Below, piece after piece: positions 55,053-64,000 of a DNA stretch of 64,000 nucleotides. A program made the translations under genes and the position numbers. How positions within the stretch are numbered: position 1 is the stretch's first letter; every line of letters starts with the position of its first letter. The stretch spans positions 4,425-68,424 of the IMG/VR virus record IMGVR_UViG_2887198475_000005. One strand, written 5' to 3'. Under the pieces are notes generated by a model that was not told where the DNA came from, ran no database searches, and saw only the letters and a program-made list of their open reading frames with translations. The stretch is from a virus (taxonomy: Duplodnaviria; Caudoviricetes).

Positions 55053-55286
55053 ATGTCCGGGGTGCCGCACATGCCGCCATTCCGCTTCCCGCTCGAGGAC
55101 GCCATCGACGAGGCCGCCCGCGAGTGCATCGCCGCCGGACCGGTTGCGGTCCTCGTCGCCTGGGAGACGTCTGAGGGAGCCGTGGACTACCGCACGCTGC
55201 CCGCCAGCGCGGCGCTGTTCCGCGGCCTCGTCGAGATCCTGGCCGACCAGCTCGCCGCCGGCGGCGCGGATTCCGAGGACGCCTGA
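55053..55286 (+). CDS. Small hypothetical protein
   Basis: Short ORF with phage-like codon usage before the endolysin. Confidence 0.5.
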   Translation: MSGVPHMPPFRFPLEDAIDEAARECIAAGPVAVLVAWETSEGAVDYRTLPASAALFRGLVEILADQLAAGGADSEDA

Positions 55287-55321
55287 CCCCTTCCCGAAAC
55301 CCCTGGCCATTGGGGGAATCC

Positions 55322-56053
55322 ATGACAACTGCCGACGACCTCAACGCGCGCGAGCTCGCGCGCGTGTCGGGCACCGCTGCTCCTGCAGCCGCCCCGCCTA
55401 CCACGGCCGCCGATCCGGCGCAGCCGCCTGGGGGCCCGGCGCCCAGCGAGCGCGCCATCCAGGCCATCATCGGGTTCGAGGTGACGAGCCCGGCCTACTA
55501 TCAGGCGCATTACCAGCATCCCAAGTGTCCCGGCGGCGCGTCGGGCGTCACGGTCGGGATCGGTTACGACCTGGGGACCGTGTTTCCCGCGCAGTTCCGG
55601 GCCGACTGGTCCGACGTGCTGCCCACCGCGACGGTCGACCTGCTGGCCAAGGTCGTCGGCAAGAGCGGCGCGGCCGCGCAGGCGGCGCTGCCGTCCGTGG
55701 CGGCGGCCGTTGTGCCGCTGGATGCTGCCATGGCCGTGTTCCGCAAGCGCACGGTGCCGGAGTTCACGCGCCAGACGCTGGCGGCCTTCCCGGGCTGCGG
55801 CGCCCTACCTGCGGACTGCTTCGGGGTGCTCGTCAGCCTCGTCTATAACCGGGGAACCAGCATGACGGGTGATCGCCGCTCGGAGATGCGCGCCATTCGG
55901 TCCGCAATCGCCGCCGGGCGCCCCCAGGACGTCCCCGCTCAGGTGCGGGCGATGAAGCGACTGTGGCCAGGGGCGAACGAGCGCGGCCTGCGCGACCGCC
56001 GCGAGGCCGAGGCCCAGCTGTTCGAGGACGGTCTCCGCGCTGCAGGCGCCTGA
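55322..56053 (+). CDS. Endolysin (lysozyme fold, GH24/pesticin-like)
   Basis: IGFE, SGVTVGIGYDLG, LVSLVYNRG, GLRDRREAEA. Confidence 0.88.
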   Translation: MTTADDLNARELARVSGTAAPAAAPPTTAADPAQPPGGPAPSERAIQAIIGFEVTSPAYYQAHYQHPKCPGGASGVTVGIGYDLGTVFPAQFRADWSDVLPTATVDLLAKVVGKSGAAAQAALPSVAAAVVPLDAAMAVFRKRTVPEFTRQTLAAFPGCGALPADCFGVLVSLVYNRGTSMTGDRRSEMRAIRSAIAAGRPQDVPAQVRAMKRLWPGANERGLRDRREAEAQLFEDGLRAAGA

Positions 56054-56188
56054 CCGCGCTTCCGGGCGCCGCTCTCACTTGCTTGGCGGCACAGCACGAT
56101 CGGCGGCTGAAAAGCCGCCCGGCGGCCGGAATTGACCGGGCGCCCTTCATTCAAATTCCCGCACAACGCCTGGACGGGAGGCATTCCC

Positions 56189-56413
56189 ATGCGCCCCACT
56201 ATCCGCGAAATCGTGCTCGGGCAGCTGGCGCAGAAGAGCACCGTAATCGCATTGCTCAATGCCGTCGCGCTGCTCGCCGGATTCCAGATCGCCCCGGATA
56301 AGCTCGACGCGCTTGGCCTCCTGCTGAGCGTGGTCGACTCAATCGTGCTTGCCGTCATCCAGGAGCGCGGCAGGCCGGACCGCCCGTGCCCCGGTCCGGG
56401 AGGCCAGTCATGA
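56189..56413 (+). CDS. Putative holin
   Basis: 74 aa, two hydrophobic helices, GGGAGG RBS; lies between endolysin and spanins. Confidence 0.65.
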   Translation: MRPTIREIVLGQLAQKSTVIALLNAVALLAGFQIAPDKLDALGLLLSVVDSIVLAVIQERGRPDRPCPGPGGQS

Positions 56414-56814
56414 TCACCGCCATCCTTGCGGCCTGGAGCGGCGCCCGGTCGCTGCTGGGCGGCATCTCGCTCAAGGGCATCGCCATCGCCACCGCCGTGG
56501 CGGCCGCGCTCGGGCTGGGCTTCCTGGGTGTCCGGTTCGCCGCCCAGGCGCGCGCCGACGCGGCTGCCGTGGCGCGGTTGACCGCCGAGCGCGACGAGGC
56601 CGTGAAAACGGCGAACGCGAACGCGGCCGCGCTCAAGGCCGCCGAGGAACAGCACGAGGCGGCCGCCCGTGCCGCCGCCGCGTCCGCCATCGCCCAGCGC
56701 GACCGCGAGGCCACGCTCGCCGCCGACCTGGAGTCCCTCCGCAATGCGCCCTCGACTGGCTGCAATCCCTCTCCTGCTGCCGATACTCTGCTTGGCCGCC
56801 TGCGCGCCCAGTGA
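56410..56814 (+). CDS. Inner-membrane spanin (Rz-like)
   Basis: N-terminal transmembrane segment, Ala-rich coiled coil, C-terminal Cys. Confidence 0.75.
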   Translation: MITAILAAWSGARSLLGGISLKGIAIATAVAAALGLGFLGVRFAAQARADAAAVARLTAERDEAVKTANANAAALKAAEEQHEAAARAAAASAIAQRDREATLAADLESLRNAPSTGCNPSPAADTLLGRLRAQ

Positions 56815-57043
56815 GCCGCCGGCGGTGATCACCGCCGCCCAGGGACCGCAGGCCGCCCTGACACCGTCAGAGGCCGAGCTGTTCCGTTGCCCGCCGCCGC
56901 CCGTGCTGCCCGAGGGCGCCGTCGGGTATGAGGATGTCCTGGCGGTCGCGCTGCGGCTGCGCGCGGCGCTGGACACCTGCAGGGATATGGACAGCAGGCT
57001 GATCGAGCTGGCGACGCGGCCAGCGACGGCCTCTGCGCACTGA
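56744..57043 (+). CDS. Outer-membrane spanin lipoprotein (Rz1-like)
   Basis: Signal peptide with LAAC lipobox; Pro-rich; overlaps the 3' end of the i-spanin. Confidence 0.8.
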   Translation: MRPRLAAIPLLLPILCLAACAPSEPPAVITAAQGPQAALTPSEAELFRCPPPPVLPEGAVGYEDVLAVALRLRAALDTCRDMDSRLIELATRPATASAH

Positions 57044-57093
57044 GGAGCCTGCTTTCACGGGTGGCAGGAACGGTCATAGGGTGCCCGCCGACA

Positions 57094-57879
57094 TCACCTT
57101 CCCCGTTCCAGGCCCAATCCGTTTGCGTCCATCCATGCCAGGAGATCCTCTGCGTTCAGGTTCGCTTTCTGCATGGCCTGGCGAGCGAAAGTTCTGGCGC
57201 TGGCGTTGCTGCCTGCGGTTCCTCCCTCGGTGGCGAGGCCGAGGATCTGACGGCAGCCCCGCCGGAGCATGTTCCAGGAGAAATGCCCCTTGGTTCGAAT
57301 CTCCTGTACGGCGAGTGCCACCGGGTCGCCCTCGTCTCCACCCGACAATCCGGTGGCCGAAGTCTGCTTCTCGATAAGCCGGTGACCCTGCTTGCTGAGG
57401 GGAATCGGCGGCCGCCCGTCGCGGACCGGGTGATGCAGTTCCATGTCATCCGTGAGCCGCTCGCCAGTGACAAGGCAGGTTTCGCTCATCTCGCGGCAGA
57501 GCGGCCGTGCCGTACCGCCCAGCAAGTAGCGGTCGGTAGCGTTCTGCTGCGCAGCAAGCCATTGCTTGAGGCCGTTGAGGAGGAGGCAGAACGCCCTGAA
57601 GTCATCGGGTAGCAGGTGGCTCATCATGCCAGGCGGCTTGTTCTGTGCCAGGAACTCCCGAACTTCCTCATTTTGCTCGGCAAGGGACTTTGCCTCCTCA
57701 ATCAGCAACGTCCCGATCCTGTCCATGGTGCCCATCAGGGCGGACCTCGGCACTTTCCTGTTCAACGCCTCCGGGTCTTGCCGGGCCAACTCTCGGCAAT
57801 AGGTATAGTATTCCTTGAGCATCTGCCTTTTGGCGTCAGGCGCAAGTGGAGCTGGGTTTTTCGGAAACTCGTAGGCCAT
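57094..57879 (-). CDS. Hypothetical protein with HNH-like motif
   Basis: CLVTG...ELHHP...PLSKQGH; lower GC; convergent with the lysis cassette. Confidence 0.6.
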   Translation of the reverse strand: MAYEFPKNPAPLAPDAKRQMLKEYYTYCRELARQDPEALNRKVPRSALMGTMDRIGTLLIEEAKSLAEQNEEVREFLAQNKPPGMMSHLLPDDFRAFCLLLNGLKQWLAAQQNATDRYLLGGTARPLCREMSETCLVTGERLTDDMELHHPVRDGRPPIPLSKQGHRLIEKQTSATGLSGGDEGDPVALAVQEIRTKGHFSWNMLRRGCRQILGLATEGGTAGSNASARTFARQAMQKANLNAEDLLAWMDANGLGLERGR

Positions 57880-57914
57880 ATCCACGTCTTCTCGCGTACA
57901 GGAATCAGAGGTTG

Positions 57915-57958
57915 TCAAAAAAGGCCGCCCTCGGGAAACTGAGAGCGGCCTTTTTTGA
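57915..57958. terminator. Bidirectional Rho-independent terminator
   Basis: TCAAAAAAGGCCGC...GCGGCCTTTTTTGA. Confidence 0.85.
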
Positions 57959-58071
57959 TTCGGACGCCTTACATACCATCGCGCAGGCGCAAGGAAAGGG
58001 GATGTCGTGCAGCTGCCCGCCGGGGCGAGGTCCGCGTGCTTCTGGACGACGAATACCGGGCGGTGCGCCCC

Positions 58072-58524
58072 TCAGACGTCGCAAACTGATGACTTGGTGT
58101 CATCGCCTCCCGCCCCTCGGCGGTTCCAGGCTGGCCGCCATGCCCGGATAATGCCTTCTTCTAGCCCCGCCACGCTGTCGAAGGGCAAGTTGCCGTTCAG
58201 GTTCATTGGCGGAGGAACTATCGTGAAGACCTCTACCTCGCGGCCAGCAGCCAGGAGCGCGAGAATTTCCTGCCTTATCCGGTGGGCAGTCCGAAGCGTC
58301 TTGGCAATCTCGTAGTGTCTCAGCCGCTGCCGCAGGCCGCGTTGGGCTGACCCAACGTAATGGACGATGCCGTCGACTGCGTAGGCATACACACCGGGTT
58401 CTCGTGGCAGCGGCTTGGCGCCTTCAAAGCGAATCGAGCCGGATGCCTCATCGTGCTTCCATACTCCAGCCCGGATAAAGCCCCCGGCAACGAGGTGGCT
58501 GGTATTCCCCGGCGCGCTGCTCAC
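58072..58524 (-). CDS. GIY-YIG nuclease family protein
   Basis: PGVYAY....HYVGSA...LRQRL..Y, LEEGII, PAWN. Confidence 0.85.
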   Translation of the reverse strand: MSSAPGNTSHLVAGGFIRAGVWKHDEASGSIRFEGAKPLPREPGVYAYAVDGIVHYVGSAQRGLRQRLRHYEIAKTLRTAHRIRQEILALLAAGREVEVFTIVPPPMNLNGNLPFDSVAGLEEGIIRAWRPAWNRRGAGGDDTKSSVCDV

Positions 58525-58763
58525 GCTGTCGCCTCGTCAATCAGGTCGCCAGGCTTCTCGTTGCCTTCCGGCGGGCGAACACGGTACTCGACCTTGCCCA
58601 TGATTCCCTTGTTCCGCCGCAATACCACAAGCCCTCTCTCGCGAGCATCATGTTTCAGCCTCTGGGAAACATACTTCGGCTGATTGAGCGTCCTCATGAG
58701 GGTCAGTCGAAGTGTCCAATCGTGTGGGAGGTTATCCGCTCCAGGTGCCGCCATTTCTTGCAT
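58521..58763 (-). CDS. Small hypothetical protein coupled to the GIY-YIG gene
   Basis: GTGA overlap; lower GC. Confidence 0.45.
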   Translation of the reverse strand: MQEMAAPGADNLPHDWTLRLTLMRTLNQPKYVSQRLKHDARERGLVVLRRNKGIMGKVEYRVRPPEGNEKPGDLIDEATA

Positions 58764-58956
58764 CTTGCTCAGCCAGCGTTTGGGTCAACGAACCACATCA
58801 TTCAGCACGGCAGGGAAATCCCATCGGGTCTGATGATAAGGCGAATTCCGTTTCATCCTAGCACAGGACGGCTGGAAGGGTAGGACGCGCCACGGCTACC
58901 GCGCACCCTTCGTTCCCCCGGCGTTCCCTCCCCGTCCAGCGTTTACGTCACGGAAT

Positions 58957-61956
58957 TCACGCCGCCCTCTGTCCCCGCGCCGCCGCCCGCTCCCGTGCCA
59001 GGGCGGCCAGGGCCGCTGTGATGATGTCGCCCGTCGTGCCGCCCATCTCCGCCTGCAGTTCCCTGATCTGCTCGAGGACCGCAACGGGCAGTGCCGCCGT
59101 CCCCATTGCCCGGCCTTCCCGCCAGGCGCGTGCGCGTTCGGCGTCCGACATGGCCTTGTCGCCTTTGGGCGGGCGCCCACGGCGGCGTGGCGCGGCCGGG
59201 GCGGCATCGGTAGGCGCGAGGGCGGCAGCGAGCGGCGCGGCATCGGCGGGCTCGCAGGATTCCCCACCCTCCGGGTTGCCCGGCTGATCCCCGGCATCCG
59301 TCGCCGGCGGGGCTGCCAGGAACGGCATGGGAACCGGAATCTCAGGGGCATCGTCGGCCATCCGGGCGGCGTCGCTTGCCGGAGCTGCGCCCTCCCCTCC
59401 CGCGGACGGCTCGGGTAGGGCAACGGCCTCTGCCTCGACCTCGGCGGCCTCCTCGGTCGCGGGCAGCGGCATGCCGGGGGATGCCTCGATGGGCGGCTTG
59501 CCCGGTTCGGCGGTCACCGCCGCGGCGGGAGCGGACGCATCCGGGCCGACGCCCTGCGGCCGCTCGACGGCGGCTTCGGCCGGACCGACATCCTCGGGCT
59601 CGCTCGTCGCCTCCGGCGCCGGGGCGGCTTCGACCTCGACGGCGGCCGTGGTCTCGACGGGCGGCTCGGCCTTGGCGATGCGCGACGTTGCGGGGGCAAC
59701 TGCCTCGCCCAAGGCGACGGCGAGCAGGTCGGCGGGCAGCTGGCGGCGGTAGCGGCGGACCAGCTTCTGACCGAGAGCCGCCTGCCTGGCCGTGAGCACG
59801 TCGAGCATGGCCAGCTTCCGGCCGATCACGGTGTCCAGCCTGTTGAACCCGACGCCGTTGATTTCCCGCGCGCCGTCGCGGTCGAGGCCCGCGAGGATCC
59901 GCAGGCCCGCGTGGATGGCAGCGACGGCCTCTGGCGAAAGGGCAGCCGCCACAGCCGCGACGTCCTCGGGAGTGCTGTCGGCCGTGGCCGCGCGGGCCGC
60001 CCCTGCATCGTCGGTATCCGTGTCGGAGGCCGCCCCGGCCTGCACGGCGGCTTCGATGCGAGCCTGCTCCTCCGCGATGCGGCGCGCCCGCTCCTCGGGG
60101 TCTTGGATCTTGTCGAGGGCGGCGTCGATGACGCGCTGCTTGCCCGTCACCGTGGCCGCCATGGTCGCATCCAGGCTGCCCTCGAGCACGATGTGCTGCA
60201 CGAGCACCGCGTTCCGCTGCCCGAGGCGCCACGCGCGGTCCTCGGCCTGCGACAGGTTGCCAGGCACCCAGTCAAGCTCGGCGAACACCACATGCGCCGA
60301 CGCGGTGAGCGTGATGCCGACCCCGGCCGCCTGGATGTTGCCGATGAACACCCGGATATCGTCGCAGTTTTGGAAGGCGTCCACGGCGTCCTGGCGCTTC
60401 GCCGGGGGCGTGTCGCCCGTGAGCACGACGACACCGAGGTCGGCCAGGGCGCTCTTCAGCAGGTCCACCACGTCCTTGTGGTGGGCGAACACGATGACCT
60501 TGCCGCCCGCCTCGACCGCCTCGCGCACGTGGTCGGCGACCAGTGGCGCCTTGGCGACCGCCGTCTCGTGGCGGACGCGCGACATGTCGGGCAGCGGGAC
60601 CGACTGGCCCGCCTGCAGCGCGGCGACAGCGCGCTCGTAGTCGCGCGGGTCCTCGCTGGCCTTGGCCAGCTCCACCTTGGCCCGCAACTCGGCGAGCTGC
60701 TCCTTGATGCGCGCCTCCTCCTCGGTCGCCTTCCTCTCGGCGGTCAGCGCGGCCTTGAGGGCGGGTGCGTCGGCCGGGAGTTCGATGATCTGGCGGCGCT
60801 TGGGAGGGAGTTCGGTCAGCACGTCCTTCTTGAGGCGGCGAACCATCACCGTCTGCCTGAGCAAGTCCTGCAGTTCGTCCAGGTGCGAGGCTCCGTTGAA
60901 GTTCCATCCGTAGCCGTCGTTGCGGGCGTCGCAGTAGCGCCGCGCGAACGACCAGAAATCACCGAACGTCGCGGGCGCCAAGCTGTGCACCAGCGGCCAG
61001 AGCTCGACGGGCCTGTTGGTCAGCGGCGTGCCCGTCAGGTAGAGCCGGCGGCGCGCGCGGATGCCCTCGACGGCCTGATCGGCGCCTTTCTTCTTCCCGC
61101 CCAGGATGCCCACCGTGCGCGCGGCGTCCTTGCTCTTGAGGTAGTGCGCCTCGTCGAGAATGAGGGCGTCCCACTCCACCGCGCGCAGGGCCTCGGCGGT
61201 GGCCGTCTTGCGGCTGAAGGCGTCATAGGTGGCCACCACGACGTCAGCCGCCGGAACCGTCTTCATGTCGGCGATGCCGACGCTCAACGTGCGGCTGCCG
61301 AACATCCCGAACTCGCGGACCCAGTTGCGGGTCAGCGAGGCCGGGCAGATGACCAGGATCCTCTTGAGGCTTTCGTCGGCGTTCACGACGCCGATTGCCT
61401 GCGCGGTCTTGCCCAGCCCCATGTCGTCGCCGAACAGCGTGTTCTGGCGCGCGAGGGCGAACGCGATACCCGCGCGCTGGTAAGGGAGATACGACCTGCC
61501 CTCGGCGATCGGCAGCTCGATGTCGGCCGACTGTGCGCGGCTCGCCTCGATGGCGTGCCGGACCTGGGCCGTCTCCGCATCGAGGCGGGCCTGCGTGGCC
61601 TCGTCGGCGTAGGCGCGCAGCTTGTTGGCGACGGACGCATCGTCGGTGAACCAGAGCTTCCGCTCGCGGTCCCAGTGCAGCCCTGCCTCCCGCGCGGCGT
61701 CACCGCAGCCGTACTTGGTCCGGGCCTCCCAGCGGTTGCGGGCTTCGGAGAACACCAGGACGACCGGGCGGCTCTCGGCGACCGGATCCGCAGCACCGTC
61801 GCGGAGCGCCTTGGCGGCCTCGGCATCACGGGTCCACCAGACCTTGTACGTCCGGTCCCAGGCCATCCCGGCCGACCGCGCGGCGTCGCCCTCGGACGTT
61901 CCGTACTTGGTCGTCGCCTCCCAGCGCGCGCGGTGCTCGTTGTAACCAACCTGCAT
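58957..61956 (-). CDS. SNF2-family (SMARCAL1/HARP-like) helicase
   Basis: DDMGLGKT, DEAH, LTGTP, GVGITLT, QAEDRAWRLGQ; two N-terminal G..WDR..K.W repeats; C-terminal RRRGRPPK and SDAERARAWR. Confidence 0.92.
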   Translation of the reverse strand: MQVGYNEHRARWEATTKYGTSEGDAARSAGMAWDRTYKVWWTRDAEAAKALRDGAADPVAESRPVVLVFSEARNRWEARTKYGCGDAAREAGLHWDRERKLWFTDDASVANKLRAYADEATQARLDAETAQVRHAIEASRAQSADIELPIAEGRSYLPYQRAGIAFALARQNTLFGDDMGLGKTAQAIGVVNADESLKRILVICPASLTRNWVREFGMFGSRTLSVGIADMKTVPAADVVVATYDAFSRKTATAEALRAVEWDALILDEAHYLKSKDAARTVGILGGKKKGADQAVEGIRARRRLYLTGTPLTNRPVELWPLVHSLAPATFGDFWSFARRYCDARNDGYGWNFNGASHLDELQDLLRQTVMVRRLKKDVLTELPPKRRQIIELPADAPALKAALTAERKATEEEARIKEQLAELRAKVELAKASEDPRDYERAVAALQAGQSVPLPDMSRVRHETAVAKAPLVADHVREAVEAGGKVIVFAHHKDVVDLLKSALADLGVVVLTGDTPPAKRQDAVDAFQNCDDIRVFIGNIQAAGVGITLTASAHVVFAELDWVPGNLSQAEDRAWRLGQRNAVLVQHIVLEGSLDATMAATVTGKQRVIDAALDKIQDPEERARRIAEEQARIEAAVQAGAASDTDTDDAGAARAATADSTPEDVAAVAAALSPEAVAAIHAGLRILAGLDRDGAREINGVGFNRLDTVIGRKLAMLDVLTARQAALGQKLVRRYRRQLPADLLAVALGEAVAPATSRIAKAEPPVETTAAVEVEAAPAPEATSEPEDVGPAEAAVERPQGVGPDASAPAAAVTAEPGKPPIEASPGMPLPATEEAAEVEAEAVALPEPSAGGEGAAPASDAARMADDAPEIPVPMPFLAAPPATDAGDQPGNPEGGESCEPADAAPLAAALAPTDAAPAAPRRRGRPPKGDKAMSDAERARAWREGRAMGTAALPVAVLEQIRELQAEMGGTTGDIITAALAALARERAAARGQRAA

Positions 61957-62153
61957 CGTAGCCTCCCAGGCGGCTATTCGGCTCTATGGAAGAGAAATCG
62001 GTACCTGCGATTTCGCGGAACAAGAGGATTTCCGTTTGCGAACGGAATTCTTCTGTGGATATGGAGATGCCGTTACGAGATTTGTTGACAACCTCCGACG
62101 CGCCTACTCAACAGCGCGCAGGGTTCGCCATCCGCTTCTGTCACCACACACGA

Positions 62154-62182
62154 GAAGGCCGCCCCGATCTTGAGGGCGGCCC
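62154..62182 (-). terminator. Hairpin/terminator
   Basis: GGCCGCCC/GGGCGGCC stem followed by TTCTC, after the 62198 stop. Confidence 0.6.
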
Positions 62183-62197
62183 TGCTCTTTGCGAAGG

Positions 62198-63649
62198 TTA
62201 CGCCTGCCCGGAATGCTCCAGCAGGCCGGGCTCGCGCGCCGCCGCCAACGCCAGCCGCGCCCCGAGCTTGGTGAGCGCCCGGTGGTAGTCCTCGCTCAGG
62301 TGGTCGGGAGCCCACTCATGGCCGAGCTCGTGCAGCAGGAAATCCAGCACGCGCTCCGAGGCACCCTCCTCGAAGAACCTCCTGCCGAGCGCTGCCCGGT
62401 TGGCAATCAGGCGCCGCTTGCCGTAGCACCCATCGAAGCGCCAGCCGGGGTCGTCCGCGATTTTGACCGCGATGTCCGCGTCGATGGTTGCCAGGGCGAC
62501 CCTGCGGGCGAGGGCGGCAAAGGAGTGCTCGCCGGCGCTCCACACGTGTTCCTGCACCAGAACGAGCGGGCTCCCGCCGGGGGAGAAGGGCTTGGGGCTG
62601 GGTGTCACCTGGCCAGCGGGAAGCAGCGCGCCCGCAGCCCGGACATTCTTCCACTCGTCGCCCGACAGCTGCCCTCCGTGCACGACCGTGTAGCCCTTGA
62701 CGATGGCGAGCTTGTTGGCTTCGAGGTCGGACGGGTCATGCACGACCGCCTTCCGGCCGAAGCGGTGGCGAATGACCGAGCGGACCGCGTCGGCGCTGAT
62801 GCCCGACGTGCCCAGCGCCTCGCGCACCCACACGGACGTCGCCTGCTTCTTGGGTAGCTGCTCGTGGACAGCGTTCAGCACGAGTGCGCGCAGAGTCCGC
62901 AGATATCCGGGCGGCACGTGCTCGCGTTCGAAGCCAAGCGGCACCTTCTGCTGCACGTCGACGTGGTAGCCGTCGCCCGTCTCCACGACGGGAATGCCCA
63001 TCTCGTACAGCGTGCCGGTCTCGCCCGGGGCCGGGCGGTGGACGCGAACGACCGTCTTGCGGGTGGCCGGGCGCAGGTTGCCCTCGGTGTCCGAGACCTC
63101 CGTGCGCAGCGACGCCTCGAACGTCGCTACCGGCTCACGAGGCCGGAGCGCCGTGCCGTTGAACGTCGTCTCCACGCCCGCCGGTGCGAGCAGGCGCCCC
63201 ATTGCCCGGCAGCATGCGTCGGACTCGGCGTTGGTCAGCCGCAGGCGCCCCTCGAAGACGGAGCCGCGCTCGCGGCAACGCCGCAGATGGTGGCGCCCGT
63301 CCGCGTCAAAGCGGACACCCCCTTTGGTGGAGACGATCTCGGCCTCCTCGCACAGCGCGAGCACGAGCTTCTCGCCGAGATTGAAGCGCCCGCGCTTCTC
63401 AGCGTTGCCCTTCTTGCCGCTCTCCGCGAACAGCGTCCACGCGTGCCGCAGGTCGGCGAAGCCGTCCGGGTCGTCATCCTCGACCCGCAGGACCGCCACG
63501 CGTGCCCCGGGTTCCTTGGTCAGCCGGACGTCGACCCGGGCGACCTGCTGGTCCCAGGCGTTCTGGACGAGTTCGTAGAGGACGAACTCCTTGCCCTTGC
63601 GCTCGAGAATCTTGGCCAGCCCATTGCGGTCAACTTCGAACCACTGCAT
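62198..63649 (-). CDS. GHKL (HATPase_c) ATPase with C-terminal HExxH motif
   Basis: ELVQNAWD, VEDDDPDG, GRFNLGEK; LLHELGH near the C-terminus. Confidence 0.8.
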   Translation of the reverse strand: MQWFEVDRNGLAKILERKGKEFVLYELVQNAWDQQVARVDVRLTKEPGARVAVLRVEDDDPDGFADLRHAWTLFAESGKKGNAEKRGRFNLGEKLVLALCEEAEIVSTKGGVRFDADGRHHLRRCRERGSVFEGRLRLTNAESDACCRAMGRLLAPAGVETTFNGTALRPREPVATFEASLRTEVSDTEGNLRPATRKTVVRVHRPAPGETGTLYEMGIPVVETGDGYHVDVQQKVPLGFEREHVPPGYLRTLRALVLNAVHEQLPKKQATSVWVREALGTSGISADAVRSVIRHRFGRKAVVHDPSDLEANKLAIVKGYTVVHGGQLSGDEWKNVRAAGALLPAGQVTPSPKPFSPGGSPLVLVQEHVWSAGEHSFAALARRVALATIDADIAVKIADDPGWRFDGCYGKRRLIANRAALGRRFFEEGASERVLDFLLHELGHEWAPDHLSEDYHRALTKLGARLALAAAREPGLLEHSGQA

Positions 63650-64000
63650 GTAAGCGACCTTCCGCAAGGCGCCGCTCCCGTTCCGCGGGGGGCGCTGCCG
63701 TCGATGAGTTCCCGCGATGTGACGCGGGAGCCGATACCTGGAGCGGACCGCCGGTGGCGGTCAGGCGCCAGCTATTCGGGCCGCACGCAGGACGACGGTG
63801 CGGGCCGACATGGCGGTCAGTTCGACGGGAAGGATGGTCTGCAAGGCTGTCTCGCTGGTCATGGGCGTTCGTGCGCCCCGGTATCCATAACCACCGGCCA
63901 TTTCGCGGCGGCCGGATGGCCGCCTCGGGAATCAGGGTATGGAATGATGGATGGACAGCATCAGGGCTATATACCGGATTTCGGTGCGGATGTCGATCGA

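Larger units (their letters stand above)
1175..63649. mobile_element. Temperate myovirus-type prophage or phage-plasmid (boundaries approximate; may extend beyond the window)
   Basis: Ordered terminase-portal-protease-capsid-sheath-tube-tape measure-baseplate-fibre-lysis module, plus a recombinase and a primase/helicase. No host housekeeping genes or att repeats seen. Confidence 0.9.

Noticed and set aside
63761-63862. 33-aa minus-strand ORF upstream of the GHKL gene
   Set aside because: No clear RBS or motif; too little support to call.

Overview
The window is almost entirely one GC-rich temperate myovirus-type element, either a prophage or a phage-plasmid. An alphaproteobacterial host is inferred from the gene families present. 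Layout: (1) a tyrosine recombinase followed by a phased repeat cluster (1.2-2.4 kb); (2) a divergent control region and a rightward replication/early operon (Prim-Pol/helicase with an internal origin-like hairpin, DUF6456-like activator, RuvC-like resolvase, HigA/MqsA-like fusion, macrodomain, many small ORFs; 4-17 kb); (3) a LysR/tautomerase pair; (4) a leftward array of small genes separated by related terminator hairpins, headed by a soluble FtsH-like protease, a DEDDh exonuclease and a CAT-anticodon tRNA (18.8-27.4 kb); (5) a complete packaging, head, contractile tail, baseplate and fibre module (29.8-52.7 kb); (6) a metallophosphoesterase and lysis cassette (52.8-57 kb); (7) a leftward block of HNH-like, GIY-YIG, SNF2 helicase and GHKL-ATPase/HExxH genes (57-63.7 kb). 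The most notable signal is a set of apparent counter-defence domains, two of them fused to core genes: an Acb1-like 2H phosphoesterase on the portal, an MbcA/ParS-like antitoxin domain on the replicase, plus an orphan HigA-MqsA fusion and a macrodomain. Also notable are the terminator-bounded gene cassettes, frequent C-terminal Ala-Ala ends, and a -1 frameshift in the tail chaperone that the ORF track misses. All family calls come from motifs recognised by eye; no searches were run. No attL/attR or CRISPR array was found.
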